A stretch of 60,676 nt of DNA, counting the filler, from Asterionella formosa (Eukaryota), in assembly GCA_002256025.1 (NCBI GenBank). It is 8 parts of 8 records of this genome, joined end to end, with 100 filler letters (N's around TTAATTAATTAA, not from the genome) between each part and the next. Parts side by side here need not be neighbours in the genome. Positions count along the whole stretch, not along the records: positions 7,624 to 15,131 come from NKIB01012434.1; positions 15,232 to 22,735 come from NKIB01012435.1; positions 22,836 to 30,334 come from NKIB01012436.1; 5 more parts are not named here. One strand, written 5' to 3'. Shown piece after piece: positions 10,891 to 22,984 of the stretch (the first letter of the stretch is position 1; the number at the start of each line of letters is the position of its first letter). The notes under the pieces were generated by a model. The model saw only the letters and a program-made list of their open reading frames with translations, had not been told where the DNA came from and ran no database searches. The translations under genes were made by a program, and so were the position numbers.

Positions 10891-11941
10891 CCATTTTGTC
10901 TTTGATTCTCGGAAATGATCCCTGAAGGCATCGCATTCCCCATTCCGACAGCTGTCGGAAGGAGGTGGCTTGGCGATTCATACCAAATCTTTGTCGAGGA
11001 TTACCATTTGCGTCAACATTGTTTTGATGTGATTTCAACATTGCATTTGATTTCATAGATGCCAATGCTGAATCCACAACAACTTTTTTGCCTGTATCCC
11101 TGTAAACTGTTTCAATCTGATCATAGATCGATTACCAAATTTCCATGGTGGAGTCATGTAGAACACCAGGAGCATTGAAATATGAGCAACGAATTTTTCC
11201 ATCAGGCGAAAAAAGAAACAAGTTTGTCACAAAGTGTTCATGGGTCCATCCATTGTAGAAGTTGTTCTGCTGTGTTTCATTTCCAGCCTGTTGCAGGGTC
11301 AGTTTCAGACCATCCATTGCTCCCCAACAATTTGTTATAAGTGGGTATTTCTGATTGATCATGGTTGCAAACAAGGTGGCTTCGTCTGCAGTAGGCAGTC
11401 TCACACCGGCATCTTCATGTGTCAGCAGTACTTTTACAATCATTCGCCTTGAAAACCTCAACCAAACACTCAAAGAACCATGAGTTAATCCGAAAATAAT
11501 CTGAAGAATCATATAGGAACCACGAGTCCTGGTCCATGCTAACCCAAGCGGTAGACAACTGATGGAACAGAGGTATCTTTGCCGACCTTTCTTTGTTGTT
11601 GAATTTCTAACAATGAAATCCGTATTTTTCCTACAGGGATTGAAGGAATAAAAACAAGGTTTGAACAGCTGGTGTAGGAGCTCGAAAGAAGCATGGTCAA
11701 ACCCACACGAGGTAATCAGAACATCATCATGCTTGCTGTTGAACAAAGTCCAGAATGGACTCGATAATGGATGCTGTAGTGCGTGGTGACGGATTCTGCC
11801 ACTTCTTCTTCTGACCTCATCAACAGTCAAACTTTCCCTGAACAATGGCGTCCTATTAACTGGTGGATAACACATTGCTAACAGTAGCAATGTGATCATA
11901 ATGTCATCATCATCATCAGGAGATGGGATGAAAGTCGACAT
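10890..11941 (-). pseudogene. Harbinger DDE transposase (DDE_Tnp_4/HARBI1-like) with a premature stop and 3' truncation
   Basis: CWGAMDG, FYNGW, NAPGVLHDS, VVVDSA and RQLSEWGMRCLQGSFPRIK. An in-frame TAA at 11132-11134 splits two same-frame ORFs. Confidence 0.9.
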
Positions 11942-12387
11942 GGTCAGTGACCATCGATGATGAATATATAGAACTCATGCATATAATGAACAAGAGGCGG
12001 CATAGCATACAAGAGGATGCATCGATATGAAAATTTAACTGTTGAAAATTAAAGTTAAAAATATATATAATGTCAGAGAAGTAATCTACAATATCTCTAT
12101 TATCAGAGCGCAAGGACGATATTATGTAGCAGATCACCAGAATAATTTGTGTTATAATACACACATGATATAATATTTTTTTATTATCAGAGCGCGCCCT
12201 GTGATTTCCAAGACAAAACTAGTTCATGTTATTACTACATATTTTAAAAGTTATTAAAAGTTCAAGATAAAATTGTTTTAGAGGATTAAATCATTGCGAA
12301 ATGCAACTTTCCGAAAACATAAAGTCGTGTAGTGTAAAAAATGGAAGTAAGTCTCGTTTCTTGTTTGACTGATCCTTTCCATGAAAT

Positions 12388-12899
12388 CCGTGAAATGCCA
12401 TTTGGAAAGTTGTCAAAGGAAAAGAAGATAATGATGTAAAAAAGTGGAAGGGAAACGCGGAGTTTTTCGGGGAGCTTATTGCGGCGCTTGTGGAGGTGGA
12501 ACTGGTGTGATGGTAACCCCGTGAAATGCCTTTTGGAAAGTTTTCAAAGGGCCAGAAGACAATGATGTAAAACAGTGGAAGGGAAACACGGAGCTTTTCG
12601 CGGAGCTTATTGCGGCGCTTGTGGAGCTGGAACTGGTGTGATGGTAACCCCGTGAAATGCCTTTTGGAAAGTTGTCAAAGGTAAAGAAGATAATGATGTA
12701 AAACAGTGGAAGGGAAACGCGGAGCTTTTCGCGGAGCTTATTGCGGCGCTTGTGGAGCTGGAACTGGTGTGATGGTAACCCCGTGAAATGCCATTTGGAA
12801 AGTTGTCAAAGGGCCAGAAGACAATGATGTAAAACAGTGGAAGGGAAACGCGGAGCTTATTGCGGCGCTTGTGGAGGTTGAACTGGTGTGATGGTAACC
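12388..12899. repeat. Minisatellite, 4 copies of a 131-bp unit (last copy 119 bp)
   Basis: ccgtgaaatgcc at 12388, 12519, 12650 and 12781, with highly similar units. Confidence 0.95.
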
Positions 12900-14354
12900 G
12901 AGTGTAGTAATTGTTGAACAGAGCACAGTGTAATATGTATGTTCCGCCAGCGTAGTGTTTACACAATACACATGCTGGCATATATATAGCTAAAACAACG
13001 AAAGACGACACAACAATGATCGTGATGGCTGGTTGTTGAGGATACCGGTATGTGATATGCATCAATCCATGTCACAAATCATATTGTAGTGATGTACATA
13101 TCAACGCATCCGTATACTTAGATCCTATCCACAGTATAATACTATCATATTAACTGTTGACTTTAACTGTATACATTAAACGACAAACATATATATTAAT
13201 TAACATACTTTATGATTGCTTTGATTTATTTTCTATGATGTCTTGGTAACACTTGCGTACATATTTTATCGTATTTTATTGTCATTGTACTATTTTAACA
13301 TAATCATATTTTGATCAAAATTATATCATTAACATTTTATAAAATCATCATAGTTTTATGATCAATGTATCATAGCTATGTGATGTACTTTATTCAATAT
13401 TATGTATCATACTTTGGCAATGTATGCATCGATGTAACCCTATCATGATATCACATTTTCCTCTTGTCAATCATGATGAGATGATTGGGAAGCAACTGTA
13501 TTCTGCATCGTGCTACTGGGTATATTATTATATCACGCCATTTAGTAGCTAAGTCACTCCGCCTGTACAGAGTAGTCATAATACCGGTATTGTAGTTCAC
13601 CTGTATTCATGACCAGGTTCCCCCCAAACAATAACAAGACGATATATTTAGAGTCACGAGCAATTCCTGCTCCAGCTGTCGTCTTGCCATTCGGGTACTT
13701 CAAGGTAATTTTAGGCTCTAATTAATTTCTTTTGTAATTTGTTTCTAGGGGCAATATTGTCCCGAATTTTTCGGGATAAAAATTGCGGATTTTAGCATTG
13801 ACCGCCAGAACAATGGTAATTTAGTCCCGCTATGTAGAAATTTTAAAACGCCCGGAACTCCCTGTCCGTTGAAAGTAAACCTTGAACGAAGAACGATTTC
13901 GCGATTTCTGCTTGGTCTAGAAGCTCACCGGCACCGGTACCGGAGGACAAAGTATGGTACCCGGTACCCGGTACCAGGGCGACACCAGGGTAACCTGGTG
14001 CTCCTACCAGGTAAAAGCACCTTCACCAGGAAACAGGTACCGAGTACTGTGCAATTATAGCAATGCATCATGTCGGGTCAACAAATATACTGTCCATGCA
14101 GAAACAAGCCTTGAAAGAACGATTTCAAGATTTCTGCCTCCAGGATAAAGCGAAACATAGCCTTCTTATGCCCATGGTAATAACCTTACGGAAAAAAACT
14201 CAAACCAACAATCTTCATTTCCCGAACCTCCCTTGAGCAATATTGCATCCGATATTTTGCTGGTTTGATTTATTCTTTATATTATATTCTTCACATAATC
14301 TTGTCTTACTGTTGTGGTTATCCTGTTCGTTAAACACACTATTCAATCAGCATT

Positions 14355-15131
14355 ATGAACGACGATAAAAAGGATATCAAGAAAGGCAGCCAATGTGATC
14401 ACGTAAGTGCAGTAAAACCTTCTCTAACTGCAAAAAAGAAGAGTATTGATGCCACCTTGCCTTTTGCTGACGAAGCAAAGGAGGAAGAACGAGCACGGGA
14501 CTCTGACTCTTCTCATGGACAAGTGTTTGATGAGAAGGAACATGTTGACCACAAGGCTGGGCGAGGGACTAAATTTTCGTACCAGGATTCTTCCAAGGTG
14601 GCGGTGGAGCATGAAGAACCAGCACCTCCACAAACACTTCCTGGAGCAGTTGCGGTGGGAGCGAGAGATCGTGCAAGTCCTAGTGCTGAAGCTACAAACA
14701 ATGAATGGAATGTAGAGGAGTCCCATGGAATCAGTCAACAACCACTTGCCATTCCTGGCATAGAGGGAGGTCAACAGGAGACAGTGAATGCCACTCTTGT
14801 TGATGAAATTGAAACCTTTATGCCTGCCACTATTATGACTGCCACTGTGACGGCCATCGACACTGAGGCTGAAGCGAAGGCGCAACGTCACCGTGGCATG
14901 ATCAACATCATGGTATCTTGCGCTTTCACAAGTCTTGTTGCCATTGTAGCTGTTGTACTTGCAGTTGTGCTTACTCAGAACAACAAACCGAATAATCCAA
15001 CATTAGTTCCAACATCATATGTTCCGGACAATCAAACGTTGGCTCCCACATTTGTAATTCCCTCTACACCATTGTATTTGTTTTTGTCTAATAACTCGTT
15101 TGATAATGGGGTTGCACTTTTGACCAATGGC
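14355..15131 (+). CDS. N-terminal part of a single-pass membrane protein, probably of the diatom LRR receptor-like family. 3'-partial.
   Basis: Disordered N-terminus with a PGAVAV motif, a TM helix (FTSLVAIVAVVLAVVL), a P/T-rich stalk, then LSNNSFDNGVALLTNG. The LRRs themselves are not visible because the contig ends. Confidence 0.55.
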
Positions 15132-15698
15132 NNNNNNNNNNNNNNNNNNNNNNNNNNNNNNNNNNNNNNNNNNNNTTAATTAATTAANNNNNNNNNNNNN
15201 NNNNNNNNNNNNNNNNNNNNNNNNNNNNNNNGTCGATCATACCGGTAAATCATTAATATTTACGGTACCGGTAGTCTACAGGTTGCTGCATTTGAAACTT
15301 ATGTTAGGGTTTGTTTGCCAAATTCCCTGGCAGAGGGAGTACGGTGCTGGTACCTGGTACCGTTGTTTACCCGGTAGCAAGAGGGACCAAGTACCAGGTA
15401 CGAGGTACCACCGGTGGTGTACCAGGTACTCCTTGTACTCCTTCCAGGTTGGAACGGACACCCTGCTGGTTACCAGATACCGGTACGGTACCAGGTAGTG
15501 GTTTCAAGTTATAACCAGTGTCCCTCGTGGAGTACTCCGAGTATACCGGTATTGATATACCGCTAGCCTACTGGTAGTTACTATGGCGCTAGTAAGGCAG
15601 CGTGCGTCACCTTTTTCAGCTCATGTCCTGATATGTGATGGTTGATGCACTTCGTTTTTCTGCGGCCGCGGTTGTAATTGACAAACTTTCGGTTGACC

Positions 15699-16229
15699 AT
15701 GAAGTCCATCCTTTCCCTCCTGTTGTTGGCTGTTGCCATCGCGTCTACTTCTGCCTTCGGCGGATACACTCCAGTGTTCTCGAATGCTCCTTTGGTACGT
15801 TGATTGTATCGAATTAAGTCCCCATGGATTGTTGGGCTTCATCGAAGAACGTGGTATGTCCGTCAGCCGATCAATTGAAGCCTGTGCACTCACCTAGCGG
15901 TTTCGTCCTCATTTTGTCCTTTGCCACAATGATCTCCTTATAAACAGAAGGCTCCCGTACGAAGCGGCGCTGGAAACATGGAGATGAGAGCCAGATTTTG
16001 CGACTTGTTGGATAAGAGGCCAAACCGTCAAGCCCGAGTTGTCACGTTCTCCCACAGGAGAATCAAAAAGGTGCAAGAAGTCAATCTTCAGTGGAAGCGT
16101 TTCTTCAGCGAGGAGTTGGGTCGCACTGTCCGTCTTCGTCTCTCTACCAAAGGAATTAAGACAGTCAACAAGTACGGTTCCATCGATGCGGCTGCTAAGA
16201 AGTTTGATGTTGACCTTGCCAAGTTTTAA
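15699..16229 (+). CDS. rpl28: Plastid-targeted 50S ribosomal protein L28 (intron 15795-15947)
   Basis: Exon 1 is MKSILSLLLLAVAIASTSA-FGG (signal peptide plus ASAF-like cleavage motif). The gtacgt..aacag intron is in frame. Mature part: RFCDLLDKRPN...VTFSHRRIKKVQEVNLQWKRF...LRLSTKGIKTV. Confidence 0.9.
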
Positions 16230-16360
16230 TTTCCCAATAGTAGAAACAGAATGTTCTCCTTGCACTTTTTTGGAATTTCGAGCCGCTACTGTTTCAATGG
16301 AAAAGCTACTCACAAACCTTTATGATACTTGCTCTATTACAATTATTCTCATGGACAACA

Positions 16361-19263
16361 CTATGATGAGCAACTTAAGCAGACATCGTCGTCGTTAGCG
16401 GCTCGAACTTGCGCCGTGGTAGGCTCGTTTTGGCCTTGTTGTTCAACCGTGTATTGGATTGCGTTTACTGCAGCTTTCGTTCTTAGGTAGTACATTCCAG
16501 TCTATACAGCAGCAAGCAAAGTTAGTAACGGTAGTCGCACAGCAGACACTATATCGTAACAGCAACAAACACAAAGGTGCAAAACAAATTTTACCTTCAG
16601 TCCCTTCTTCCACCCGTAAAAATGCATTGCTGTCAACTTGTCATAGTTTGGATCCGCAATAAAAAGATTCAGGGACTGGCTCTGATCGACAAACTTCCCT
16701 CTGTCAGCAGCCATATCAATGATATCTTTCATCTTCATTTCCCATACAGTCTTGTATAATTCCTTCAGTCGGGCAGGGATGCAATCAATATTGGCCACCG
16801 AGCCACCATCGCGCATCAGCTGATTTCGTACAGATGGTGTCCACAACCCTCGATCGGACAAATCTTGGAGCAAATGAGGGTTTGTCATAATGAACTCTCC
16901 AGCTTTAACTCTCCGGATGTACAGATTGGAGCTGAACGGCTCAAAACACTCGTTCACACCAAGGATCTGCGAAGTCGAGGCGGTTGGCATGGGAGCCAAA
17001 AGAAGGGAGTTTCTCAACCCACTCGTCATGATTCGCTCTCGTAGGGCTTGCCAATCATAGCCGCCGTTTTCGTATTGCGGGGCATATTTTTGCAATGGTA
17101 TACTAGACCGACCACGTTGACTCGGTGTTTCCTTGTCAGTGATCCCCCAAAGATCAAATTGAAGCTTCCCTTCGCTCGCCGGGCTCCCGACGAACGTTTC
17201 GTAGGCTCCACATTTCTCTGCCAGTTCCGTGCTTGCTTCTAGCGCGGCATGGTAGATGGTTTCGAATATGGCTTCGTTCAACTCTTTGGACTCTGCTGAT
17301 GAGAAGGCAAGTCCAAGGCGAAGAAAGGTGTCGGCAAGACCCGATACACCAATTCCAATGGGACGGTGCCTGTGATTGGACGTCTTGGCCTCCTCAACAG
17401 GGTAGTTGTTGACGTCAATAATCTTGTTCAGATTCCGAGTCACAATCTTTGCAGCCCGGTGTAACGCCTCGTGATCGAAGAAAGCCTTACCTGACTCTTT
17501 GTTGATCGAGCCAACTGGTCCTCTTTCTGAAACGACAAACTTGGGAAGGCAACTACAGATATTGTGTGAGATATGTCAAAAACAGTTCAGGAAGCGAAAT
17601 TGAATGCAACATACATACTGGCAAGGTTGCAAACTGCAACTTCCTCTTTGTCCGTGAATTGAATGATTTCGGTGCATAGATTGCTACATTGAATTGTTCC
17701 CAGATTCTTTTGGTTGCTCTTGGCATTCGCTTGGTCCTTGTATAGCATGTAAGGAGTTCCCGTTTCAATTTGAGCATCCAAGATAGCGCTCCATAAATCT
17801 CTTGCTTTGACTTGACGCACAAAAGTGCCTTCCGCCTCATACTTTTCGTAAAGTTTTTCAAATTCCTTACCATGGCATAAGGAGAGACCCTTACTCTGGT
17901 GGGGGCACATCAAACTCCATACACCATCTTCTTCTACACGCTGCATAAACAGGTCTGGAACCCACAGTCCGTAGAAGAGATCCCTAGCTCGCTGTTCTTC
18001 CTTTCCATGGTTCTTTTTCAAGTTGAGCAAATCAAAGATATCAGCATGCCAAGGCTCTATGTATACAGCGAAAGCTCCGGGTCTTTTCCCTCCTCCTTGA
18101 TCCACATATCGAGATGTGACGTCAAAGACTCGCAGCATGGGTACTAAGCCATTCGAAACACCTCTTGTCCCCTTGATGTACGTACCACGAGCACGAATGT
18201 TGTGAACGGAAAGGCCGATACCACCAGCGGATTTCGAGATGACAGCACATCGTTTCAGAGTATCGTATATACCACTGATGGAGTCTTCTGACATTTGAAC
18301 CAAGAAACAACTACTCAGTTGAGGATGAGTGGTACCCGAATGGAAAAGAGTTGGGCTCGCATGTGTGAAGTACCCCTCGCTCATCATGTCATAAGTTTCG
18401 AAAGCATCGTTTAGTGCTTCTTCTTCATTTTTAATTTTATCCGAACAATGTATTCCCAGAGCCACCCTCATGAACAGATACTGCGGTCTTTCGATAATCT
18501 CGCCCTTTTCTGTTTTGAGCAAGTATGCACGTTCCAAAGTTTTGAACCCAAAGTAGGTCAAGGACAGATCTCTGTTAGATTTCACGCGAGCATCAATTTC
18601 AGTTGCTCTCCTTTTGACTAGATTCGCAAGGTTGGGGTCAATAAATCCATTTCCGTCTTGATATAATAGTTCGACTGCTTCTGAAAAGTTGTTTGGGGTA
18701 ACCTTGTGAACATGCGCAATACAGATTCTAGCAGCAAGTTTGGCATAGTCCGGATGTTGTGTTGACATAGATGCGGCGGTCTCCGCAGCAAGGGTGTCAA
18801 TCTCACTGCTGGTGACGTTTGGATACACTCCCCTCAAGATTGAATCTGACAATGCTTCCAAAGCAACATATCGCTCATCCAACCCTTCCGACAACGACGA
18901 TAGTCTAGAAAAGATCTGGTCGTGCAGCGGTCAGTGAATGAATCAAATGTTTTATGAGATCGCTATAGATTTTTTTCTTACCTTTTTCTTGTCGATTAAC
19001 TCCCGTCTCCCGTCGCGCTTTGTAACATAAAGATCCTCGTCCTCTGTGCTTGTCCTGTCGGTGGCAGCTGTGAAGAGCAGGGAGCCCTTTGCTTCCTTTC
19101 CTCGGGATACTTTTGAAATCGCCCCTCCAGGACCAATTTTGGTTCCTTCACCAGTCTTGTGCGTCCAAGGAGCTCCTGACGAGGAAGCCTTGGTGGCTAG
19201 AGGGGCATCTAGGCACCAAAGTGCTGTCAAAGGCAGCACCAACAATCTGGATTCGAATTTCAT
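16361..19263 (-). CDS. RNR1: Class I ribonucleoside-diphosphate reductase alpha subunit (introns 18916-18981, 17553-17614, 16502-16594)
   Basis: ATP cone (VTKRDGR), [66 protein letters not shown] and C-terminal CLSCSS. All three GT-AG introns preserve the frame. Confidence 0.95.
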
Positions 19264-20074
19264 CTGGTGGTGCACACAACTCTCAACTAAGAACAGATCC
19301 CTGTGGCTGAAGAGACAAATTATATCCTGTTGAATCAGCAACTTAAAAGCTCGAAGGATCGTCGGAGGATGGCAACGCAGCCAATAAGTGAAGCTATTGA
19401 TCACACACTGATGCCGTTGTGATCAAACTTGGTTGATGGATGATGGCGGATTGATACTAAGTTGGCCATATTTATTCTTGACGGTACCGGTATGGTACCA
19501 GGTACCTGGTACCTGGCACATACGAGAGTACCAGCAAGGTCTGGTGGTACATAAAATTAGCTTAAAGTTCTTCATAGTAAGAACCGTCGTTTTCTAAAAA
19601 TATAAAAATATGTATCAAATATGTGGTATCGAGTCGAGGCATCAGCAGCCAGACGACGGAAACTACCCGTACAGCATTGCTCATTGGCTGTTTACCAAAT
19701 ACTCCTCCTTCCGGTATGTATTGCCGGTACCATATGGTTTCATTTTTTTATTTGTGCTTGCTTGCAACCACCCATTTTCATCCTTTATGGTCGCTCAACG
19801 TGATGAAAAATGGCAAGAAATGCTAAATGCCAGTGTATAATGTACCGGTAGTAAACTCTCCCCCAACTACCGCTACCTATATGTTAACCTTTTGGCTGTG
19901 GTACTGCTCCATGCATTATTTTTTCATTTCACAGATGTGTGTTCCTTCGAACATCCCATTCAGTAGCATAATATAAATCTATAGAATATCGATTTCCACG
20001 ACAGGGTATCGCAAGGCGAAACCCAGAATTATTGTGCCAGCGGAAGAAGTACATCTCTTTGAGCTGCGACCACC

Positions 20075-21178
20075 ATGGTGTTCCTTCCAAAAGAGAAAAA
20101 ATTGCCGAAGAAGCGAGAGAAGCCAAGCTCTGTGGGAAACATCAACGACGAAGCCACAACAGCTTCGTTTCCAATACGCGATCATGCCAAACTGTTTTGC
20201 GCTTCGACCACGCTCCAGTGTGCCCTCACAAACTGCGTACCGTGCGGATACAAGATTGGACTTTTTGATGTTGCTCTGGACAAGGATTTTACAAAATGTG
20301 TCCCAAATCAACGACCGGAACAGTGTCCTAGACTCAAAAGCGACTCGGCGGCTGTGGACGGAACTATGGGCTTTCGATGCGGAATGAAGGTGCTCACTGT
20401 CGGGGATGGCGACTTTTCTTTTTCTTTGGCTGTGGCCAGAATAGTCAATACAAAACCAGAAAGTCAACAGAGAGTCATTGCAACAAGCTACGAATCTGAA
20501 GCTACTTTGCGAAATTGCTATCCTAACTTTGACGAAATAGTCGATGAGATGAAAACCAGAAATGTAACTATAGCCTACCAAGTCGATGCAACCAGCATTG
20601 AAGACACGTTATTATCAAAACTGAAAGACAAGAAACTCCCGAAGTTCGACCGAATTATTTGGAACTTTCCGTGTACCGCCATTGGGGAGGGTCAAGATGG
20701 TCAGAATGATGCAATGGAAGCGAACAAAGAACTGGTTAGAAAGTTTGTCCGAAATGCAAGACACCTCTTGACCCCAAGCGGTGAGATTCATATGTGCCAC
20801 AAGACGAAACCTCCGTTCAATCAATGGTTATTGGAGGACGTGGTCATGGAAGCTTGCAAAGACAACCAATGCTTATCTTACCATGGTCGGATCGTCCTGG
20901 ATCGTGCAAATTTACCCCCTTACATTCCTCGAAAGGCGTTGGACAAGAAATCCTTTCCTTGCCATGATGCGTGTATCTATGTGTTTGGAATGTCATCAGA
21001 CTCAAGTTCAACGATTCAACCTCCTGCCGAGAAAGATGCCACAAATCTTAGTGTTGGCGTCCATAAGCGAATGACTGTTCCAGTTGATCAAAATGTTATT
21101 TCCAAGATCAGAAGAGCTCTAAAAAATTTTGAATCCGGAAAGAAAAAGGGATCAAACAAGAAACAAAAACGATTTTGA
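20075..21178 (+). CDS. DUF2431 / BMT5-like rRNA (uridine-N3) methyltransferase domain protein
   Basis: VLTVGDGDFSFSLA, IATSYES, VDAT and FDRIIWNFP motifs, with a lysine-rich C-terminal tail. Confidence 0.8.
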   Translation: MVFLPKEKKLPKKREKPSSVGNINDEATTASFPIRDHAKLFCASTTLQCALTNCVPCGYKIGLFDVALDKDFTKCVPNQRPEQCPRLKSDSAAVDGTMGFRCGMKVLTVGDGDFSFSLAVARIVNTKPESQQRVIATSYESEATLRNCYPNFDEIVDEMKTRNVTIAYQVDATSIEDTLLSKLKDKKLPKFDRIIWNFPCTAIGEGQDGQNDAMEANKELVRKFVRNARHLLTPSGEIHMCHKTKPPFNQWLLEDVVMEACKDNQCLSYHGRIVLDRANLPPYIPRKALDKKSFPCHDACIYVFGMSSDSSSTIQPPAEKDATNLSVGVHKRMTVPVDQNVISKIRRALKNFESGKKKGSNKKQKRF

Positions 21179-21254
21179 TGACACATAAAAAATTAAGCGA
21201 TGGAATAAGTATCAAAGTAATTTGATAAACAAATAGTTGCAGAACCCAGAACAA

Positions 21255-22735
21255 CTAGAACTCATATTGCGATGGGATTGCTTGTTGACTGTATTGCTGC
21301 TGCGGCGGGTGCTGGATAAATGCTTGTTGTTGTTGTTGCTGAGAATATCCCTGCTGCTGGGGATATCCTTGATGGGGAGCTGGCAGTGCTACCTGCTGTG
21401 GTTGCGGAGGGTATCCTAGGTGGGGAGCTGGCGATGCTACCTGCTGTGGCCGTGGAGGGTACCCTTGATGATGAGATACCTGCTGGTGTTGTGAAGCGTA
21501 TCCCTGTGGTGCTCGCTGAGCTGATTCAAATCCGTTCACGCCATAGAACCCGGGGCCCTGACTATAATTACTAATTGATCCATCATCGTCACCATCAAAG
21601 CCACCTAATAAGTCGACTTCTTTAGGTGGAATAGTCTCAATGGGGGATGGAGCACCTTGTCCCCCGTAAGCATCTGTAGAAAGATCGGATTAGAAAATAA
21701 ACGTATCAATTACAAAATCAAACGCTCAGTTGCACTCACGATTGTTTGAATAAGGATGGACATGAGAATCATCGTCTCGCGCTTCGTATGACCGTCGATT
21801 CTGAGCATACTGCTCCGTTTCTTCACCATATGATTGTTCTTGGCGTACAGCGCCAGTTGCACGTATGCCATCACCAAGAGGAGTATTTCTCATGCATTCC
21901 ACAATGGCTTGTCGCAAGTCATCAATCTCGTTGGCATCATGCGATGCGAACGCACCAGCAATAGTTGGGCCATAGTCCATCCAACGCTCCAACTTGAATT
22001 GCTTTAGCATTTTCCTGCCATACGCCTTTGATCGAGCTTGAGTCACCTGATATCCTCGCACATTGGGTTTGTACAAATCATGGACGAAATTGACTGCTAA
22101 CTTGATAAGATAGTTGCGTTGATCCTGGGTGAGATAGGGATTATTCAACCAGTCGTCAAAATCAGCATACGAACGAAACCAGAGCATAGTGTGAGGTCCG
22201 TACTGGACCCAATATACCTGCTTCCATTTCTTCATCAATACAGTGCGAAATGAAATACGACCTAGAACATATCCAGACTTGAGGACAAGGTCACCCTTAG
22301 GTAAAGGAGCGGAACCTGGAGGAGCATTTTGCGCCAAAACGTGACTGTATTTGTTGATAGGCGAACCAATAGGTGGCTCGGGTACGCCACCAACGACAAT
22401 GTCAGTGCCTAATTCGTTTTGTGGCTGATAGGGGAAAATTTCACCACGTGATTCGATATTTCTATGTTCACCCTGCACATCATATGGAACTATTGCTTCG
22501 TGATGGGGTGGATCATCAAAAGTCACGGGTTCTGGTGGAGCGGCGAGCTGTTGCGGTGGTTGCTGGTAGTTATTAGGCACCAATTCCATCGTCAAGGGTA
22601 CTTGCTGGTGCGTATCATAGTTGGGTTGCGGTTGTGGAGGGTTAGCAATAGATGCAGGCTGAACTGGGGCAGCATACGGATCAAACAATGCTGGTTGTGC
22701 AGGGGCATTGGCCCATTGGTTGGTCCCCGCAGGTG
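21255..22735 (-). CDS. Q/P-rich protein with a PH-like domain. 5'-partial, intron 21674-21739.
   Basis: VLKSGYVL..KKWKQVYWV..LWFRS..IDDLRQAI fits a PH-like pattern. The gtgagt..tacag intron joins ORF 21726-22688 in frame to a DLLGGFD segment and the GYP/QQ repeat tail. Confidence 0.7.
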
Positions 22736-22984
22736 NNNNNNNNNNNNNNNNNNNNNNNNNNNNNNNNNNNNNNNNNNNNTTAATTAATTAANNNNNNNNN
22801 NNNNNNNNNNNNNNNNNNNNNNNNNNNNNNNNNNNATTCAGATAATATATAGACATGTTCAACTACGTATTTTGATGTATTCAACTAATTCATGTGATGC
22901 ATTCAAAATCAACTAGGCTTATTTACGTGATGGTCACTTCACGTAATACGCGGCTTAGATGTATAACAGAAATTGTTGTACTTG

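Larger units (their letters stand above)
9858..12200. mobile_element. PIF/Harbinger DNA transposon, internally deleted, with two convergent genes
   Basis: ~55-bp imperfect TIRs (gggcgcactctgataataa... / ...ttattatcagagcgcgccc). DDE transposase on the minus strand and a Myb/DUF6818-like gene on the plus strand. Confidence 0.9.

Noticed and set aside
11916..12164. 82-aa ORF duplicated at 45122-45370
   Set aside because: A chance ORF in the subterminal region of near-identical Harbinger copies.
12607..13065. Repeat-containing ORFs over the 131-bp minisatellite
   Set aside because: The unit length is not a multiple of three, so the frame shifts in each unit.
15699..22735. Functional gene cluster (rpl28, RNR1, DUF2431, PH-like)
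   Set aside because: Ordinary compact diatom gene spacing with no shared pathway evident.
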